Positions 61,031 through 64,000 of a stretch of DNA of 64,000 nt are shown here, one piece after another. Numbering within the stretch: the stretch's first letter is position 1; the number at the start of each line of letters is the position of its first letter. Both the position numbers and the translations under genes were made by a program. The stretch is taken from assembly GCA_902630945.1 (NCBI GenBank), contig CACOWV010000001.1:80196-144195 (forward strand). The letters run 5' to 3'. The notes below the pieces were generated by a model. The model saw nothing but the letters and a program-made list of their open reading frames with translations, had not been told where the DNA came from and searched no databases. Source of the stretch: an uncultured Pelagibacteraceae bacterium (GTDB lineage: Bacteria; Pseudomonadota; Alphaproteobacteria; Pelagibacterales; Pelagibacteraceae).

Positions 61031-61921
61031 ATGTCAAAAACTGTCTCTTTATTCAGCGCATTATTATGTACATTCATTTGGGGGACTACTTTTATCGCAC
61101 AAGATACAGGCATGGATGATATAGGCCCATTTACTTTTAATGCAGTTAGATTTTTTGTAGGTTTTTTAGCGATCATTCCTCTTGCATTTTTGTTTGAATT
61201 AAAAAAATTTAAAACAGAGTTTAAGTTGGATTTTAAAACATTCGCTGTTTTATCTTTTTTAATAGGTTTATCACTTTTTCTAGGTTCAGCATTACAGCAG
61301 GTTGCGCTTCTTTATACTGATGTAGCGAATGCAGCTTTTTTTACAATTTTTTATGTCCCCATGGTACCAATAATAATTTTTCTATTTAAAAAAAAATCAA
61401 TACATTGGAGTGTATGGCCTTCAGTAGTTCTTTGTTTGATTGGCGGCTATCTACTTACCAATTTTCAAGACGCAACAGTAAGACTTGGAGATACACTTGT
61501 TATATTGGGAGCTTTGTTTTGGAGTACTCATATTATTTTTACAGGAATAATAGTAACTAAATATGATTTACCTTTAACTCTAGGTGCTATTCAAACTATG
61601 TTAGTAGCCTTATTTTCTTTTTTAATTGGATTTATTTATGAAGAATTTATAATTGAAAATATTTTAAATGAAATAGATTCGATTTTATATGCAGGCATTC
61701 TTTCAGGAGGATTTGCTTTTGTTTTACAAATTTATGCACAAAAAAATATTACACCTGCTCCAGCAGCAATAATTTTTTCGTTAGAAGGTGTTTTTGCAAC
61801 AATTGCAGCGTGGTTTTTATTAAATCAGATACTAGGAGTTAATAATTTATTAGGATGTTTTTTTATATTATGTGGTGTTTTGTTATCTCAGTTACTTCCT
61901 TTAATAAAACGATCATCTTAA
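61031..61921 (+). CDS. EamA/DMT-family transporter
   Basis: IWGTTFIAQ, about 10 TM helices, IFSLEGVFA. Confidence 0.9.
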   Translation: MSKTVSLFSALLCTFIWGTTFIAQDTGMDDIGPFTFNAVRFFVGFLAIIPLAFLFELKKFKTEFKLDFKTFAVLSFLIGLSLFLGSALQQVALLYTDVANAAFFTIFYVPMVPIIIFLFKKKSIHWSVWPSVVLCLIGGYLLTNFQDATVRLGDTLVILGALFWSTHIIFTGIIVTKYDLPLTLGAIQTMLVALFSFLIGFIYEEFIIENILNEIDSILYAGILSGGFAFVLQIYAQKNITPAPAAIIFSLEGVFATIAAWFLLNQILGVNNLLGCFFILCGVLLSQLLPLIKRSS

Positions 61922-62685
61922 AAATAAATTATCGACAATAAAATTAAAGCAATAATTAATCTGTAAATTACAAAAATATTTAATGAAAATTTATTTAAAT
62001 AACTTAAAAAAAATTTGACTGTTGTGTAAGAAAAAATAAAAGACAATACTATGGCAAAAATTATTAATATATTTATTTCTAGAGATTCATTATGTAAATC
62101 TTTTAATCCAAGAAAACTTGCTCCTGCTAAGGCCGGGATTGAGAGTAAAAATGAAATTTTACCAGAGTCAACTCTATTAAATTTTAAAAACCTAGCAGCG
62201 GTCATTGTAATACCTGCTCTACTAACACCAGGTATTAATGCAAGTATTTGAAATAATCCAATGAATATAATAGATCTCATATTTAGGTCTGAAGAAATTT
62301 TTTGATCAATTTTTTTCTGATCCGCAAGGTATAAAATCATCCCAAAAAATAATGTTGTCCATGCTATAATTTCAATATTTCTCAATACATTTATAAATTC
62401 AGTTGAATGTAGTATGTATCCAATAATTATAAGCGGCATTGAGCCAATAAGGATTAATCTTAATAATTTATGATTATTTTTAAGGTCTAATAAATCTTTT
62501 CTAAAAAAAAATATTATTGCGAACAAAGAACCCAAATGTAAACTTATGTCTATTAACAGTGAACTTGTCTTAAGATCATACAGGCTAGACACTATTATTA
62601 AATGAGCTGATGAACTAATTGGTAAAAATTCAGATATTCCTTGAATGGCTGATAGAATGAGAATTTCTATAAAATCTTGGAACAT
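61918..62685 (-). CDS. uppP: Undecaprenyl-diphosphate phosphatase (BacA)
   Basis: QGISEFLPISSSAHL, ALIPGVSRAG, SFLLSIPA. Confidence 0.96.
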   Translation of the reverse strand: MFQDFIEILILSAIQGISEFLPISSSAHLIIVSSLYDLKTSSLLIDISLHLGSLFAIIFFFRKDLLDLKNNHKLLRLILIGSMPLIIIGYILHSTEFINVLRNIEIIAWTTLFFGMILYLADQKKIDQKISSDLNMRSIIFIGLFQILALIPGVSRAGITMTAARFLKFNRVDSGKISFLLSIPALAGASFLGLKDLHNESLEINILIIFAIVLSFIFSYTTVKFFLSYLNKFSLNIFVIYRLIIALILLSIIYF

Positions 62686-62868
62686 ATATGTGTCGTAACT
62701 TAAAAAATATCCTTTTAAAACACTTCGATTTAATCATAATAGCTATGCAAAATTTAGAATTTTCAGATTTTAAGCTATTTTTTATCAAATATAAGTCATA
62801 AATACTGACCTAAATAATTCTTTTACTAATAAAAACAATGTATATTTTGCGGTGATTCTAAAAAAGTT

Positions 62869-64000
62869 ATGACTGATAAAATGCTCAAATTTGTAAAAAT
62901 AGGTCAACAAACTCCACCTAAAAGAGATGTTGTAAATAGAAAAGAAGATTTTAATGAAATTTACGACGATTTCATAAAACAAAAAGCCGAAGAGCAATCA
63001 AGCAGATGCTCTCAATGCGGAGTACCTTTTTGCCAAGTTCATTGTCCTCTAAGCAACAATATTCCAGATTGGCTAAAATTAACAGCAGAGGGAAGATTAA
63101 AAGAAGCTTACGAGCTGTCTCAAAGCACAAATAACATGCCCGAGGTTTGTGGAAGAATATGTCCTCAAGACCGTCTTTGTGAGGGGAATTGTGTTATTGA
63201 GCAGTCAGGACATGGGACGGTGACCATTGGATCTATGGAAAAATATATCACAGATAATGCGTGGGAACAAGGTTGGGTAAAACCAATTGAAGTCAAATAT
63301 GAAAAAAATCAAAGTGTGGGTATTATTGGTGCTGGGCCGGCTGGTTTAGCGGCAGCCGAACAATTAAGAAAGAATGGATATAAAATTACTGTTTATGATC
63401 GTTATGATCGTGCAGGAGGTTTGTTAATCTATGGTATTCCAAATTTTAAGTTAGAAAAACATGTAGTAGAAAGACGAACTAAGCTTCTTAAAGATGGTGG
63501 TATAGAATTTATACAAAATTTTGAAGTCGGTAAAGATGCTACTTTAGATCAACTAAGAAAAAAGCATGACGCAATTTTGATTGCGACTGGAGTTTACAAA
63601 CCAAGAGAAATTAATTTACCTGGAAATGACTTAGAAAATATTTTTCCAGCTATGGAATTTTTAACTGCATCAAATAAAAAAGGTTTAGGTGATAATGTTG
63701 AATTATTTGATAAGGGAGTTTTGAATGCAGAAGGAAAGGATGTTGTAGTAATTGGTGGAGGTGATACAGCAATGGACTGTGTAAGAACATCAGTTAGACA
63801 GAAAGCAAAGTCGGTAAAATGTCTTTATAGAAGAGATAAACAAAACATGCCAGGATCCGCAAGAGAAGTTGCTAATGCTGAAGAAGAAGGTGTTGAATTT
63901 GTTTGGTTATCAAGTCCTAAAGAATTTAAAGGTACAAATAAGATAGAAAAATTAATTGTTGATAAAATTCAACTAGGAGAACCGGATGATTCAGGTAGAC
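62869..64000 (+). CDS. gltD: Glutamate synthase small subunit, partial; runs off the window end
   Basis: Manual translation MTDKMLKFV...RCSQCGVPFCQVHCP...CGRICPQDRLCEGNC...GAGPAGL...GGGDTAMDC. Confidence 0.94.
   Translation, partial: MTDKMLKFVKIGQQTPPKRDVVNRKEDFNEIYDDFIKQKAEEQSSRCSQCGVPFCQVHCPLSNNIPDWLKLTAEGRLKEAYELSQSTNNMPEVCGRICPQDRLCEGNCVIEQSGHGTVTIGSMEKYITDNAWEQGWVKPIEVKYEKNQSVGIIGAGPAGLAAAEQLRKNGYKITVYDRYDRAGGLLIYGIPNFKLEKHVVERRTKLLKDGGIEFIQNFEVGKDATLDQLRKKHDAILIATGVYKPREINLPGNDLENIFPAMEFLTASNKKGLGDNVELFDKGVLNAEGKDVVVIGGGDTAMDCVRTSVRQKAKSVKCLYRRDKQNMPGSAREVANAEEEGVEFVWLSSPKEFKGTNKIEKLIVDKIQLGEPDDSGR

Overview
This is a very AT-rich, gene-dense chromosomal segment of a streamlined marine alphaproteobacterium; protein sequences, gene order and minimal spacers point to SAR11/Pelagibacterales (inference). 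It is mostly core genome, running from dnaK-grpE through murJ-trpS, fur-miaB-phoH-ybeY-lnt-metK, nusA-infB-rbfA-rpsO-pnp, fabA-fabB-fabI, irr, dut-coaBC-ubiB-ubiE-mutM, rpsT-dnaA-dnaN, argH-lysA, carD-fdxA-helicase, aceE-aceF and uppP to gltD, with tRNA-Leu(CAA) and tRNA-Arg(ACG). I found no CRISPR array, IS element or prophage. The most notable item, below the ORF-track cutoff, is a stand-alone transcription unit (promoter, palindrome, strong SD, terminator) encoding a 25-aa protamine-like peptide, MPKRRKKAKKAKKKAKKKAKKRRRR, convergent on a CarD that carries a ~94-aa Lys-rich N-terminal extension. Other highlights are an apparently inserted katG plus 2OG-Fe(II) hydroxylase pair with Irr (ICE) boxes, an AceE with a fused lipoyl domain, three further small ORFs, an orphan rimP-leader hairpin and an ATG-rich repeat leader before pnp.
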